Made by a program: the position numbers and the translations under genes. From an uncultured virus (IMG/VR IMGVR_UViG_3300005405_000309) (taxonomy: Duplodnaviria; Heunggongvirae; Uroviricota; Caudoviricetes), in IMG/VR virus record IMGVR_UViG_3300005405_000309: a stretch of 64,000 nt of DNA. The stretch is one strand, 5' to 3'. Below are positions 21,042 to 31,347 of this stretch, in pieces (positions within the stretch are counted from its first letter, which is position 1; every line of letters begins with the position of its first letter). The notes beneath the pieces are model-generated. The model had not been told where the DNA came from. It searched no databases and was given only the letters and a program-made list of their open reading frames with translations.

Positions 21042-21295
21042 AAAAAAAGAAACACCAAAAACAAGATGGCCTATAAGCAATCCTGTTAAATGTTTCTTAA
21101 TCTCCTGCATTGTCTCGCATCAATCCGTTAACGCGAAACCTAAGGTATAGCGAATTCGAAGAAATCCGAATCCTTAATTACTCGTTCGTGCCTCAAAGTT
21201 TTTAATCTTTAAATAAGCACGAAGAAAACTCCAGTCCGCACCAATCAAATAGCACGGAAGTGATTTCGCAAAAGCGAAGAAATAGTAATATATAT
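21042..21295 (-). ncRNA. Conserved structured leader/attenuator, copy C (divergent, extra hairpin)
   Basis: TGgTATAAT at 21302-21310, core hairpins with compensatory changes, terminator U-tract at 21042-21048. Confidence 0.7.
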
Positions 21296-21507
21296 ACCCT
21301 TATTATACCACCCTACCTATATTATTTCCATAAATAAAAATGATCGATCCCCGAGAAACCAGGGAGCGGTTTAGTTGCGTTGATAATATAATATAATCTT
21401 GTAATTCACTTGAATTGTAGCGCCCCTTCATAAATGTTGAGGAGGCGCTATGAGAAGGAATCAGCAATTTTTCCAATACTAAGTATTGAGGCAATCGAGT
21501 AAAGCTG

Positions 21508-22056
21508 CTATTGAATCTGCACGGGTCTTTCAATATCCGTATTCTCTAATAAATTAAATTTGTCTACCCGTTGCCCATTTTCGTTTACGTAATAACGGTT
21601 TCTATAAATCGTTTTATAATCAATATCGTTAATACTGGATGTCGCTACTTTTCTATAATCTCTCGTGCGACAATTCCTTAATAGAACTTGATCTTTATCT
21701 ATCGCCTTAATAATGAAGTATAAACCGTTATTCAAAACAACCGCATAGTTTTTTCGGTTAAAGAGTATCAATGGCACTACTATTGCCCCAATTATCTCCA
21801 ATGCCGTTATCGCTAGGGCGGCCACTAAAAGTATTCTCACGTTCAATGGGTCTAGTGCCGACTCACCCACAGCGAGGTAAACCCAAATCATAGTGATTAC
21901 ATATATCATTACAAAGATTTCTAATTGAAACCTTGTTCGATCTGGTGTCAAAATCTTTTCTAGTTTTGACATCAATGCATACTTAACAATATGAACGAGA
22001 ATCCCCGTAGAAAAAATGATCGAAATTGCCTTTATCATAAAATTGATATCAAACAT
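21508..22056 (-). CDS. Membrane protein
   Basis: Three hydrophobic segments. Confidence 0.7.
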   Translation of the reverse strand: MFDINFMIKAISIIFSTGILVHIVKYALMSKLEKILTPDRTRFQLEIFVMIYVITMIWVYLAVGESALDPLNVRILLVAALAITALEIIGAIVVPLILFNRKNYAVVLNNGLYFIIKAIDKDQVLLRNCRTRDYRKVATSSINDIDYKTIYRNRYYVNENGQRVDKFNLLENTDIERPVQIQ

Positions 22057-22205
22057 GAAAGTTCCCCCCTTCTTTTATTACTCATTAATTTTCGCCACCT
22101 CAATGTACTTATTGCCCGTCAGTATACTTATTTCATCCTACCATAATACATTATAGTTGCTAAGTAGCAATTGTGCGATATTTAACACAGATACGCTCTC
22201 CCCAC

Positions 22206-23747
22206 TTAAAACTCAAAAGCCAACTGAGATGACTTCTTCAAGAACGGCACCACGTTACTTTTAACCGCTCCAAAAGCCAACCTTATCTGTCTTGCCAGGG
22301 CCTGAGCCATAGTAACCGGAACACCGTTGCCTACCATCTGTTGTTTTTCACTGAGCGGCCCATAGAATACAAAATCATCAGGCACATCGAACAACCTTGC
22401 TGCTTCACGTACCGATAGTATGCGATTCTCCTCGGGATGAAGCAGCATTGCCTTGCGTATATTGGGCAAGGTTATCGACGGCTCGTCCCATTTCAACCGC
22501 CTTAGATAACTGGAATGATGGTCTGAATCCATTAATTCAGGAACATCGCGCCAATTACCGCCTTCTGTAATTTGCTCCATACGCGCTACCGTAGATTCTT
22601 TAGCTTTGGTAAAGTCCAGTTGATTTGCAATCCTATTATGAAGTCCACTAAACGCATCACGCACTGTTCTTGCCGCTGATCTTATGGCCGGTGGAAGCTC
22701 AATCCTCCCGATCTTACTTCCAATTACAAACGCACGTTTACGAGCCTGAGCACTCCCGTAATCTGTTGCTGTGAGAACACCTGACGTAATTTCAAAGTCC
22801 CCCAGTACTTGCTCAATCTCACGCAGAAATACGCCATCATCTCCTGCCGTGAGAAACTGTGGAACGTTTTCTATCAGAAAGACTTTTGTCGCTGGATTAC
22901 TTTGAACGACTCTAATAAATTCCTTCACTAGCCAATTCTTCGGGTTGTTTAAGTAATTCGTTAGCCGGTTAGCATTACTTAATCCTTGGCAGAGAAGACC
23001 GCCAATAATAATTGGCACTTCCGGGATCTCTTTGAAATTCAATACATCTTTGCATTCAACGTGATTACCGAGATTTCGTCGGTATGTTTCGCTGGCCCAA
23101 TGGTTAATTTCGACAGCTTTTACAATGTCGAATCCCTCGTTTATAAAGCCTAGGTCCATTAATCCCGCGCCAGAAAATAAACTGAGCACTTTGAGCGGTA
23201 TCTTTGTTTGCTTAAGTGCTGTTCGTACCATCGAAGATTGTGGATGATACGCCGCTTCATCAAACAAAGAGTCAACGAATCGATACTCGGATCCAACCGC
23301 TTGCTGAAGTTCCTTAACCGACATGACAACTTTCGCTGTCTGGCGTACAGAAAGCAGCTGGCGTATATCCCGAACATTGCTTTCTACCTTTATATCCTGC
23401 TGAAGTTCATCTGCCTTAACGGTTTCTGCTGTTTCATCATGTACAAATCCCTGGACCGTAACTCGATCATTAAAAATCGTGATTTGAAGGTATTCGCAAC
23501 CTTCAAAAGCGGAGAATGCTGACTTTCTACGGATATCGATGAGCGGGATAGCATTTCCGTTGCGAACCTCGCGAACCGAAACGGTATTCCCTTCATCTGC
23601 CGGCAGAATAATCATCTTCTTATTGACGATATCCACCAAATACCGATAATGCGTTCCAGGCTTGAAGACCGTCCCTATTAGTTCTTTATCATGCAAAAAG
23701 AGCCTTGGCACATTTTTACCAAGACGCTGTTTAATAAAATTCAACAT
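22206..23747 (-). CDS. C5-cytosine DNA methyltransferase with long N-terminal extension
   Basis: LFSGAG, GGLLCQG, ENV, QARKR and QMVGNGV motifs. Confidence 0.9.
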   Translation of the reverse strand: MLNFIKQRLGKNVPRLFLHDKELIGTVFKPGTHYRYLVDIVNKKMIILPADEGNTVSVREVRNGNAIPLIDIRRKSAFSAFEGCEYLQITIFNDRVTVQGFVHDETAETVKADELQQDIKVESNVRDIRQLLSVRQTAKVVMSVKELQQAVGSEYRFVDSLFDEAAYHPQSSMVRTALKQTKIPLKVLSLFSGAGLMDLGFINEGFDIVKAVEINHWASETYRRNLGNHVECKDVLNFKEIPEVPIIIGGLLCQGLSNANRLTNYLNNPKNWLVKEFIRVVQSNPATKVFLIENVPQFLTAGDDGVFLREIEQVLGDFEITSGVLTATDYGSAQARKRAFVIGSKIGRIELPPAIRSAARTVRDAFSGLHNRIANQLDFTKAKESTVARMEQITEGGNWRDVPELMDSDHHSSYLRRLKWDEPSITLPNIRKAMLLHPEENRILSVREAARLFDVPDDFVFYGPLSEKQQMVGNGVPVTMAQALARQIRLAFGAVKSNVVPFLKKSSQLAFEF

Positions 23748-23761
23748 ATCCAGTGCCCTCC

Positions 23762-24061
23762 TTATCCAGCGTGAGTTAAATTACAACATTGAACGCCCGA
23801 AGTTTTTCTAATGTCAAAAATCTCCGTCAACCCATAAACATAATTTCTTGGCGTACGATAATAGCTATAATCCACCTGACTACTTGGATAAGCACCTTGA
23901 CACAAAACAGCACCTTGAATATAGATTTTCCCGCTATGGCTACTTTGAAAAACACCTTGTAAAACGCCCACATCACCGATTACGAATGTTATGTGGTCCC
24001 CTTGCAATAGTTCTATATCATGCTTTTGACGGGTTTCCCAATCTATAAATTTTACCAACAC
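23762..24061 (-). CDS. Hypothetical protein
   Basis: GGAG RBS. Confidence 0.6.
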   Translation of the reverse strand: MLVKFIDWETRQKHDIELLQGDHITFVIGDVGVLQGVFQSSHSGKIYIQGAVLCQGAYPSSQVDYSYYRTPRNYVYGLTEIFDIRKTSGVQCCNLTHAG

Positions 24062-24164
24062 GAATATTCTCTCCTTTTGCGCTCCCTACAGGGAAGAGCG
24101 CTAATTTAATAGTCACTCCCCCTGAGGAGTCGAAAAGAATTTGGTATTCAATTACTCGCGTTTA

Positions 24165-26180
24165 CTAATCACTAAGCATTTCATTAAACATATCTTCTGA
24201 GATAATTGGTACCTCTTTACTAAGAGCATCCTTGTGTTTATTCGTTCCTTCGGCATCTGGTCCCATGAGTAAATAGTTAGTTTTCTTACTGATCGTACCC
24301 GTCACCTTTCCGCCCAATGATTCGATTAATGATTTGAAGTAAGTTCTATCCTTCGAGAGTTCTCCAGTAATGACAAATACCTTACCCCCGAACGTATCCC
24401 CTTTGACCTCTAGCGTTTCGCTTTTCATCGTTAATCCAAGGGCCTGAAGTTCATATAGAGTAGCTATATTTACGTCACTTGAGAAAAAATTAACCAAACT
24501 GTTAGTCATTTCTTCGCCAAATCCTTTCAATGACATAATCTTTGCCCTAAAATAGTCTGGGTTTTGAGCGGTTTCCAATATTTCATCCATGTTTTTAAAT
24601 CGTTTCGCCAATTCCTTAGAATTAGTCTCTCCAATATGGAATATGGACAGAGCATTGAGAACCTTATTTAATGGTGCAGTCTTCGATGCCTCAATCTCGG
24701 TCATCATATTGATGAATTTCTTCTTACCATAACCTTCAAGTGCTACGATTTCCGCTTCTCGTTGATCAAGCAGATAGATATCTGAAAACGTTTGAACAAA
24801 CCCTTTCTCGATAAACGTCTTAATTGATTCCTTCCCCAGTCCCTCAATGTTCATAGCCGGCTTACTGGCAAAGTGAATCACCTTGGCTTCAAGTTGAGGC
24901 CTGCAGTTAAGACCGGTGCAATAAAGCAATTTTCCATCAAACTCTGTCTTTGAGCCACATTCAGGGCAAGTACTTGGAGCGGTAACAATAACCTCATTTC
25001 CCGTGCGATCTTCCTCAGCCACACCGCAAATATGCGGTATCACATCCCCCGCTTTTTCTACAATGCCCGTATCCCCCTCGCGAATATCTCGCTCGGCTAA
25101 AAGGATATAGTTATGCAAAGTTGCCCGTGTTATCGTCGTTTCAATCATTACCGGTTTTAAGTTAGCAACTGGTGTGATTAGGCCCGTCTTTCCGACTTGA
25201 TGAACGATTTTTAAAATTTTCGTCGGTGTTTTGAGGCTTGTAAATTTGTAGGCTGTTGACCATCTTGGGAATTTGGTATTATACCCTAGACGTTCACGCT
25301 CTGCTATATCGTTAAACTTTAATACAATTCCATCGATCGCATGGTCGAGCGTCCCGCGTACCTTATCATTAAATTCGGAACAATACTTAACCAACGCAGC
25401 CACGCCGTCCGTCGTATTGTCAAACTTCTCATAAGGACCAATCTCGAAACCCTGCTGTTGTAAAAAGACTAGCTGTTCCTCATCGGTTTCAAAAGACATG
25501 CCTTCTGCTGAAAGTAGAGCAAAAACAATACTCTTTAGACCTCTCTCTTTAGCCACCTTGCTGTCTAAAAGCCGAACTGTGCCGGCTGCCAAGTTCCTTG
25601 AAGACTTAAAAAGCTTATCTTCAGGTACTCCGGATTTCCGCAACTCATCATTTATTCGCTCAAATTTCTTGAAAGGAATAACAAACTCAGCCCGAACTTC
25701 TAATCGGCTCTTAAACGGTATAACTTGGGGAATATTCTTAACCGTCTTGACATTGTGAGTCACATCCTGCCCCTCGTCATTCTGCCCTCTCGTCGAAGCC
25801 AAGGAAAGTCGCCCATTAAGATAAAGCATATAAATTGTAAGCCCATCTTCTTTACGTTGGGCCAGTATATCACTCTTAGACTTAGTAGAAAACGCAACAA
25901 TTTCTTCGCTCGTATAAACTTTATCCTCTGATCCAAGAAAGATATCATCGCCGTATTTGACGTCCGTTAGGCCCCCAACTTTCTCCGCATAGATCCTTTG
26001 GGTTGGTGAATTTGGATCGTAAAATTCGGGATTTTCCTTTTCTATGGTTTCGAGTTCCCGATAGAGTTGATCATATTTCAGATCACTCATAATAGGTTCT
26101 CCTTTGTCATAAGCAATATCAGCTTTGATTAATAACTCTCTCAACTCCAGGATTCTATCTTCCACAAATAATGATGTCAT
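24165..26180 (-). CDS. ligA: NAD-dependent DNA ligase
   Basis: KEDG, STRG, RNLAAG, DGIVLK, AGDVIP, Zn finger, HhH and BRCT domains. Confidence 0.97.
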   Translation of the reverse strand: MTSLFVEDRILELRELLIKADIAYDKGEPIMSDLKYDQLYRELETIEKENPEFYDPNSPTQRIYAEKVGGLTDVKYGDDIFLGSEDKVYTSEEIVAFSTKSKSDILAQRKEDGLTIYMLYLNGRLSLASTRGQNDEGQDVTHNVKTVKNIPQVIPFKSRLEVRAEFVIPFKKFERINDELRKSGVPEDKLFKSSRNLAAGTVRLLDSKVAKERGLKSIVFALLSAEGMSFETDEEQLVFLQQQGFEIGPYEKFDNTTDGVAALVKYCSEFNDKVRGTLDHAIDGIVLKFNDIAERERLGYNTKFPRWSTAYKFTSLKTPTKILKIVHQVGKTGLITPVANLKPVMIETTITRATLHNYILLAERDIREGDTGIVEKAGDVIPHICGVAEEDRTGNEVIVTAPSTCPECGSKTEFDGKLLYCTGLNCRPQLEAKVIHFASKPAMNIEGLGKESIKTFIEKGFVQTFSDIYLLDQREAEIVALEGYGKKKFINMMTEIEASKTAPLNKVLNALSIFHIGETNSKELAKRFKNMDEILETAQNPDYFRAKIMSLKGFGEEMTNSLVNFFSSDVNIATLYELQALGLTMKSETLEVKGDTFGGKVFVITGELSKDRTYFKSLIESLGGKVTGTISKKTNYLLMGPDAEGTNKHKDALSKEVPIISEDMFNEMLSD

Positions 26181-26281
26181 AATTTATTCCTCTTTCTTAA
26201 CGTAAGGTCTATTTAACCCCAACTATATAGTGTCCACTCCCAGCCATAGATGAGCCCCTTCTCTTTCACGCTAGAGAGTCA

Positions 26282-27478
26282 TTAAGCACTCGCCAACCCA
26301 TTCCACTTGCATAAATACCAATTGGTATCGTTAATTACTGTATTGCCTGATCGATTTTTTTTAATGGATCGCCTTTCTTGCTTTTCACTAATAAACGCAT
26401 TAGGCATAGGATTATATTCCTTAACATCAATGCGCCTGATTGTCACCGTTTTGCTGGTGGCTTTTGTGATTTGATATGCTCTGCTTATTTTATCGCTGCC
26501 TATATAATGGCCGACAACAATGTCATCCACTTTAAATGGATTCTCGAATGTATCTTTTTCTTCTACCCATCCGTCAGGAATTTTGACATCCTTAATTTCG
26601 GAATATGGGTGTTTTATAACTAAGGAATATTGAGTTATCGTTTCAACCGTTTTAGGATTTGCTTTCCTTACTAAATCCCAACCGCCCCTAATCTTGACAT
26701 AGTATCCAGGCTTAATATTACTATTATCGTACTGGATACCGCCTAATTCATCTAATTTATTATTGAAAAAGGCTAGTTTGTCCATTTTATACTCCATTTG
26801 TTCAAGTAATTCCATAAGTATCTCGTAATTGGGATTTTCGGAATTATTATTTCGGGCTTCGAGTTCAACAATTCTTTTTTGCAATTTCTTAATTGAAGCG
26901 TTCATTTCTCTAATACGATTGTCTAAATAAACCTTATCTTTAAGTTGTTGCATAGAAGCGGTTTCGTTGGCCGTTATAGCTTTTTGCTGAAAATACTCCG
27001 ATTTCCTATATTCTTCAAAACCCTTTTCAAAACGTTCAACAATTCTATTTCGGTAGTTTGTGAACGCTCTGCCGCCAGAACTATTAACATTAGGTTGTGT
27101 TAAAAATGCAATATCGCCACGATGGCTATTAAATGCAGATTGTAATTGTTCCCCTCTAGTGGCCGCATTATGGGCATACTGGATATATCGTTCAGCTCTA
27201 TCTACTGCTCTTTCCTCCTTACGCTCTAACTGTTCTTCATATGAAAGACGTTGACCAATTTTTTCGCCTTCAGTAAAACCTAATTTTTTTGCAGTCTCAA
27301 TTGCGTTATAGTGGTTATTAGTACTTTTCGATACCCATGCTCCTGCCAACTTTTTAAAAAGATATGCTCTTTTTAAATCCTTTTTTTGAGATTCTGCTAA
27401 TGCCTTGTATTCTTGTTTGGTAAAATGTAATTCGATTTTATTCGTTTCAAGATTAAGATGATAAGTTTTTTCACTCAT
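26282..27478 (-). CDS. DUF3560-like plasmid protein
   Basis: ERKEERAVDRAERY...FLTQP...KSEYFQQKA pattern. Confidence 0.6.
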   Translation of the reverse strand: MSEKTYHLNLETNKIELHFTKQEYKALAESQKKDLKRAYLFKKLAGAWVSKSTNNHYNAIETAKKLGFTEGEKIGQRLSYEEQLERKEERAVDRAERYIQYAHNAATRGEQLQSAFNSHRGDIAFLTQPNVNSSGGRAFTNYRNRIVERFEKGFEEYRKSEYFQQKAITANETASMQQLKDKVYLDNRIREMNASIKKLQKRIVELEARNNNSENPNYEILMELLEQMEYKMDKLAFFNNKLDELGGIQYDNSNIKPGYYVKIRGGWDLVRKANPKTVETITQYSLVIKHPYSEIKDVKIPDGWVEEKDTFENPFKVDDIVVGHYIGSDKISRAYQITKATSKTVTIRRIDVKEYNPMPNAFISEKQERRSIKKNRSGNTVINDTNWYLCKWNGLASA

Positions 27479-27511
27479 TTTTATAGTCCTCCTATTGATT
27501 TATAAATAATT

Positions 27512-28447
27512 TTAGAATGCAAAGTCCATCTGCACTCCTGACATAGGTTCAAATTTTAATAAAGACTGCCCCATCGATGAGTCCATTTTAATATCATCTT
27601 CATCTTCCTCTACCTGGGACAGCTTTTTCAGCACATCCGCCTCCATCCAACCCTGCCCCATAATATTACGAGCGAAGACGTTGGAAAACGTTTGAAATTC
27701 CCTTTGCATCTTTGGAATAACTAGACGCTTTCCATCACGTTCAATCTCAACCCATGAGTCGCCAAAAATCTGTTCTATTCGGATGGGTATCCAGGTGCGA
27801 ACCGTTTCATCGAGCCGAAACACGAGCACAGGATCGCTAATCAGATCACCGTTCTGTTCGCAATAATGACCGACCACGATAGATGGCCCGTTTCGCTCAA
27901 TCACCAGATCCATGTACGAAGCCTGATGAAGTTTTAAATAGACTGACAACCATTTTGGATCGTTAAACGCTTCCAGCAATCCGTGTTTATTAAGAAGTTT
28001 TTCAATCGCTACTTGAAACTTTGGGAGTCTGATCTCCGCTCGTTGCTCTGCAGTCGCAGGAAAAGGCAGCGCTTTTCCCATGAGTATAGCCTTCGTTTTC
28101 CATTCCCCGTTCTCTAATTCAGAAACTAAGGCTTCAGCCTTCGTTAAGAATAAATCATAATTTTTAGCACTGAAAAATGGCTTATTCTCAAATGAAAGAT
28201 ACGTTGGATATGTGACCTCATCTACCTTACAATTCGTCGTTCCCCAAGATGGGTTAAAGGGAAACCATTGAAAACCAAACCAATAATTAGGCTCTTTACT
28301 AATCTCAATATCATCGACGTGGCGTTTCACTACAAGTCGTTCTTCTCTCTTTTGGAACACATAGATCACATTTTGGCTATTGCGAAAGGTTTCAAGAACA
28401 TCGTTTTTAGCTAGTAGGTCCTCCACAATTCTTTGTAAAGATAACAT
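27512..28447 (-). CDS. Protein with DUF6908/DUF1249-like domain
   Basis: YMDLVIE..VGHYCEQNGDLISDP..NIMGQGW. Confidence 0.6.
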   Translation of the reverse strand: MLSLQRIVEDLLAKNDVLETFRNSQNVIYVFQKREERLVVKRHVDDIEISKEPNYWFGFQWFPFNPSWGTTNCKVDEVTYPTYLSFENKPFFSAKNYDLFLTKAEALVSELENGEWKTKAILMGKALPFPATAEQRAEIRLPKFQVAIEKLLNKHGLLEAFNDPKWLSVYLKLHQASYMDLVIERNGPSIVVGHYCEQNGDLISDPVLVFRLDETVRTWIPIRIEQIFGDSWVEIERDGKRLVIPKMQREFQTFSNVFARNIMGQGWMEADVLKKLSQVEEDEDDIKMDSSMGQSLLKFEPMSGVQMDFAF

Positions 28448-28528
28448 AAAATCATGCTCCTCTCATCAGTCATACAGGCGCAGGAATGGCCTTTTACCTT
28501 CCCTGCGCCTGTAAATATCTCTTACTGA

Positions 28529-28834
28529 TTAAGCTAAACGCGCTACAATGTATTTACCGGCACTCCTTTGATAAACACGAAAGCAAATCGTCGATTGTTC
28601 AAACTCGTAACGATCACCGGTTCTCCCCTTAACAAAGTGAACACCCATTCCAATTTGGATACTATCAGTTTCGTACATAGTTCTAGTTACTAATTCTAAC
28701 TTTTCTAGTTCCAACTTACTCCACCGATAAGGATCCTTAGAAGCAGCTGAAATCGCAGCTCTCTTAGATTCTGCAGTATAGCAAAACTCCTTGTCGTTGC
28801 ATGACTCATATTTTATCTTTTTAGCCGTAGCCAT
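28529..28834 (-). CDS. Hypothetical protein
   Basis: AGGAGG RBS. Confidence 0.7.
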   Translation of the reverse strand: MATAKKIKYESCNDKEFCYTAESKRAAISAASKDPYRWSKLELEKLELVTRTMYETDSIQIGMGVHFVKGRTGDRYEFEQSTICFRVYQRSAGKYIVARLA

Positions 28835-28908
28835 ATGTCATTCCTCCTTTAATTTCGCAACCTATTATTTGAAGACCATATACTTAAGAGCACTTCTCCT
28901 TATCTAGT

Positions 28909-29144
28909 CTAATCCACCTCACGATTGCCCTCACGATTGCCTGCAAAGCAAGTTTTTACAATCATCGAATACGCAGGATCTTCTAAAACTTGATCTGCGT
29001 AATCACCTATGCTCTGATTAAATTTTTCCCAAATGTAACTATCATTTAACATTAGCACTACAACAATCTCAACCTGCTCCTCAATAAGTCTTGCATGCCG
29101 GGTTGCGTACTTTTGTACTTCCCCCCGAATAGCTAACTTTAAGA
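28909..29144 (-). pseudogene. Headless gene fragment cut at an ISL3-type end; paralogous to part of 40166-40792
   Basis: LAIRGEV..EQVEIVV..LNDSYIWEKF resembles EAIRLEV..EQIEFIV..LNDNYVWEKF. Confidence 0.6.
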
Positions 29145-29166
29145 GGCTCTTCGGATTATATGGCGG
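29145..29166. repeat. Orphan ISL3-type terminal IR
   Basis: GGCTCTTCGGATTATATGGCGG; no partner end found. Confidence 0.8.
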
Positions 29167-29181
29167 TATGACAAATATTTA

Positions 29182-29355
29182 CTAATTATCATAAACAGTC
29201 ATTTTAACTTCATGATATACCCAAAAAGATTTCTCACAAGATTGACAGACAACTTCTTTAGATGGGATGTTTATACTATTGATTGAAACCGTCACCTGAA
29301 TAGTTGTTTTTTGTTCATGGTTGCAATGGTAACATTGAACATATTTTTCAAACAT
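29182..29355 (-). CDS. 57-aa Zn-ribbon protein (not in ORF track)
   Basis: AGGAG RBS; CYHC...CQSC. Confidence 0.6.
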   Translation of the reverse strand: MFEKYVQCYHCNHEQKTTIQVTVSINSINIPSKEVVCQSCEKSFWVYHEVKMTVYDN

Positions 29356-29368
29356 AATTTAATTCTCC

Positions 29369-29764
29369 TTAATCGATTTCTTTTAACAATGACATTGTAT
29401 TATGACCTTGGCCACCGTTTAATCTGTAAACCATCATAGCGCAATCTTCTGCAAAACATAAATAATCTCGTTTTTCATTGAATGAATTATACATAGTATA
29501 GGTATTATCATTAATTCTCCATGTAGAATCAATAGAATAACCTTTACTATTTACAGTTTTTGTTATTAGATTTGCATATTTTTTGGCAATGGCGAAATAA
29601 TCTCCTACAATAGAATTTCCATTGTCATAAATAATCTTCATTTGATCATAGATTTGTTTAGCTTGTTCAATTGGTGATTCATAATCAGTTACAACAAAAC
29701 CATTTTCGGTTTTGTTGATTTCGTACCCACTCCATTCGCCACGCTTTTCGTATGTTTTAGTCAT
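29369..29764 (-). CDS. Hypothetical protein
   Basis: AGGAG RBS. Confidence 0.65.
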   Translation of the reverse strand: MTKTYEKRGEWSGYEINKTENGFVVTDYESPIEQAKQIYDQMKIIYDNGNSIVGDYFAIAKKYANLITKTVNSKGYSIDSTWRINDNTYTMYNSFNEKRDYLCFAEDCAMMVYRLNGGQGHNTMSLLKEID

Positions 29765-29882
29765 TCTTCATTCTCCTTCTCTACAAATTAGATACTTGAC
29801 TCTAAACTAAGTCACTCATCGAATACGTAGCCGGAAACCCCTAGCCTCAGCTATGGGGAGGAAGGCGTCTCCGGCGTACCCC

Positions 29883-31109
29883 CTATCTTTGCACTTGCAT
29901 TAATAATGGGTTAGCCTTCTCAACTAACGTTAACTTTTTACAAGATACTCCAGCGGATAGTTTAACTCCGTCTAATCGTCGAATATCAAAACTACCGGTG
30001 GCTCTTCGACCAAAAATGAAACACTCTTGATTTTGGTACAGAACTTTATCAAACAACTGAAACCCTTTGACATAGCGTGGTGATTTGTTTGCTTTACGAA
30101 TACCACCTTTTAGAATCGTGTTTCTGTGAAGTTGTCTATTCTGTCCGCGAACCTGCTTGATAAGATACGTTTTACTAGAAATCGCTAAGGGATTTCCACT
30201 GATACAACGGGCATCTACGCTGTGTTCTTTTGGTAAACCATAAGCAATTCTTGTGTTTTTAGTAAGATAACCATACGCCAAACTTACTGCTGGATACGCT
30301 TCTTTTAAACGGTTATAGAAACTCCATCGCATAATTCCCATAAAAGCAGCATCTTTGAAAGATTGGCCTTTTTTTAAGTTTAATACAAGTTTCCCACAAT
30401 GATAGTTCTTATGACATTCCTCACAAAGAGTAATTAAGTTGCTAGGTGAATCGCCACCAACCTTTCTGCTTTCGATATGATGAACATTCAATATCTTATT
30501 TTTACAGTCTTTTTTGCCGTGGCATTTATGACCATCCCTAAATAACACATACTCTCTAACATTCCAGAAATCCAATTGTTTACCTTGCTGATAATCTGTG
30601 CCGTTAATATCCGGATGCTTGATTTTCTGGATATCAAAACTGGCCACCTCTACGATTGTCTTCGACACTGGAAGAATAGTGTAGATTAACTTAACGACCT
30701 TCAAGTGAGTTTCGATTTTATTAATGATTGACGGTGCTAACCATCCTGTCTTCTTGCCCTTTACCCTATTAAGGAATCGTGCTCGACGGTATCTAGTCTT
30801 GCGATTCCTTCTAGTTCGCCTATTTTGCCTGCGAGTTGATAACAAGTCCACAATATCTGTTCTGAGTTTAACATCTGCCTCAATTAAAACTTTAATGCGA
30901 GTCGTGGCGGATATTCCCATTGTTTTACTACCCGCGTCAACCCCTAAACTAATCTCTTGTTTTGTTTCCCCCGTTGCTACCATGAGTTGAATAGTAAAGG
31001 GCGTTCTCCTAAATACCTTTGCTTTTCCAGCTTTTAACAATAGTTTTGCTTTCCTCGGCGTTGTCGGCATTAATGCCTGATTCCTATGATTAATAACGAA
31101 TACTCGCAA
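29883..31109 (-). CDS. iscB: RNA-guided endonuclease IscB
   Basis: ALMP N-terminus, RuvC-I GVDAG, Arg-rich bridge helix, RuvC-II VEVASFD, HNH (HHI..NLITLCEECH), RuvC-III HSVDA. Confidence 0.95.
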   Translation of the reverse strand: MRVFVINHRNQALMPTTPRKAKLLLKAGKAKVFRRTPFTIQLMVATGETKQEISLGVDAGSKTMGISATTRIKVLIEADVKLRTDIVDLLSTRRQNRRTRRNRKTRYRRARFLNRVKGKKTGWLAPSIINKIETHLKVVKLIYTILPVSKTIVEVASFDIQKIKHPDINGTDYQQGKQLDFWNVREYVLFRDGHKCHGKKDCKNKILNVHHIESRKVGGDSPSNLITLCEECHKNYHCGKLVLNLKKGQSFKDAAFMGIMRWSFYNRLKEAYPAVSLAYGYLTKNTRIAYGLPKEHSVDARCISGNPLAISSKTYLIKQVRGQNRQLHRNTILKGGIRKANKSPRYVKGFQLFDKVLYQNQECFIFGRRATGSFDIRRLDGVKLSAGVSCKKLTLVEKANPLLMQVQR

Positions 31110-31114
31110 GTTCC

Positions 31115-31336
31115 GTCCCTCCTTTCGGAAGTTAGTTGTCCATCGCCAATGTTGTAAAGGCTTGTTATGTCTACAGCACCGTTCCTACCCTCAGAACTTT
31201 TAACCATAGACGACAGTTGCTACAAACTTGGACTCGCATTTGTAGGTGTCTTGACCTATACAACGTAGTCAGTTAAGACTTAGGCTAGTCAATCAGGCTT
31301 TGTTAAGCCCCTAGCTTTAGCTATGGGGTTATTGAC
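31115..31336 (-). ncRNA. omegaRNA (HEARO-like) scaffold
   Basis: Non-coding stretch upstream of iscB with GACTAGCC, CTACGTT and AACATTGGCGATGG elements. Confidence 0.8.
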
Positions 31337-31347
31337 GATTAATACTG

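Larger units (their letters stand above)
29820..31336 (-). mobile_element. IS200/IS605-superfamily IscB element without tnpA
   Basis: Matching subterminal hairpins CCCCATAGCT..GCTAGGGG at both ends; left end begins GTCAA. Confidence 0.85.

Noticed and set aside
28917..28940. 12-bp tandem duplication CCTCACGATTGC
   Set aside because: Two copies inside a gene remnant; most likely replication slippage.
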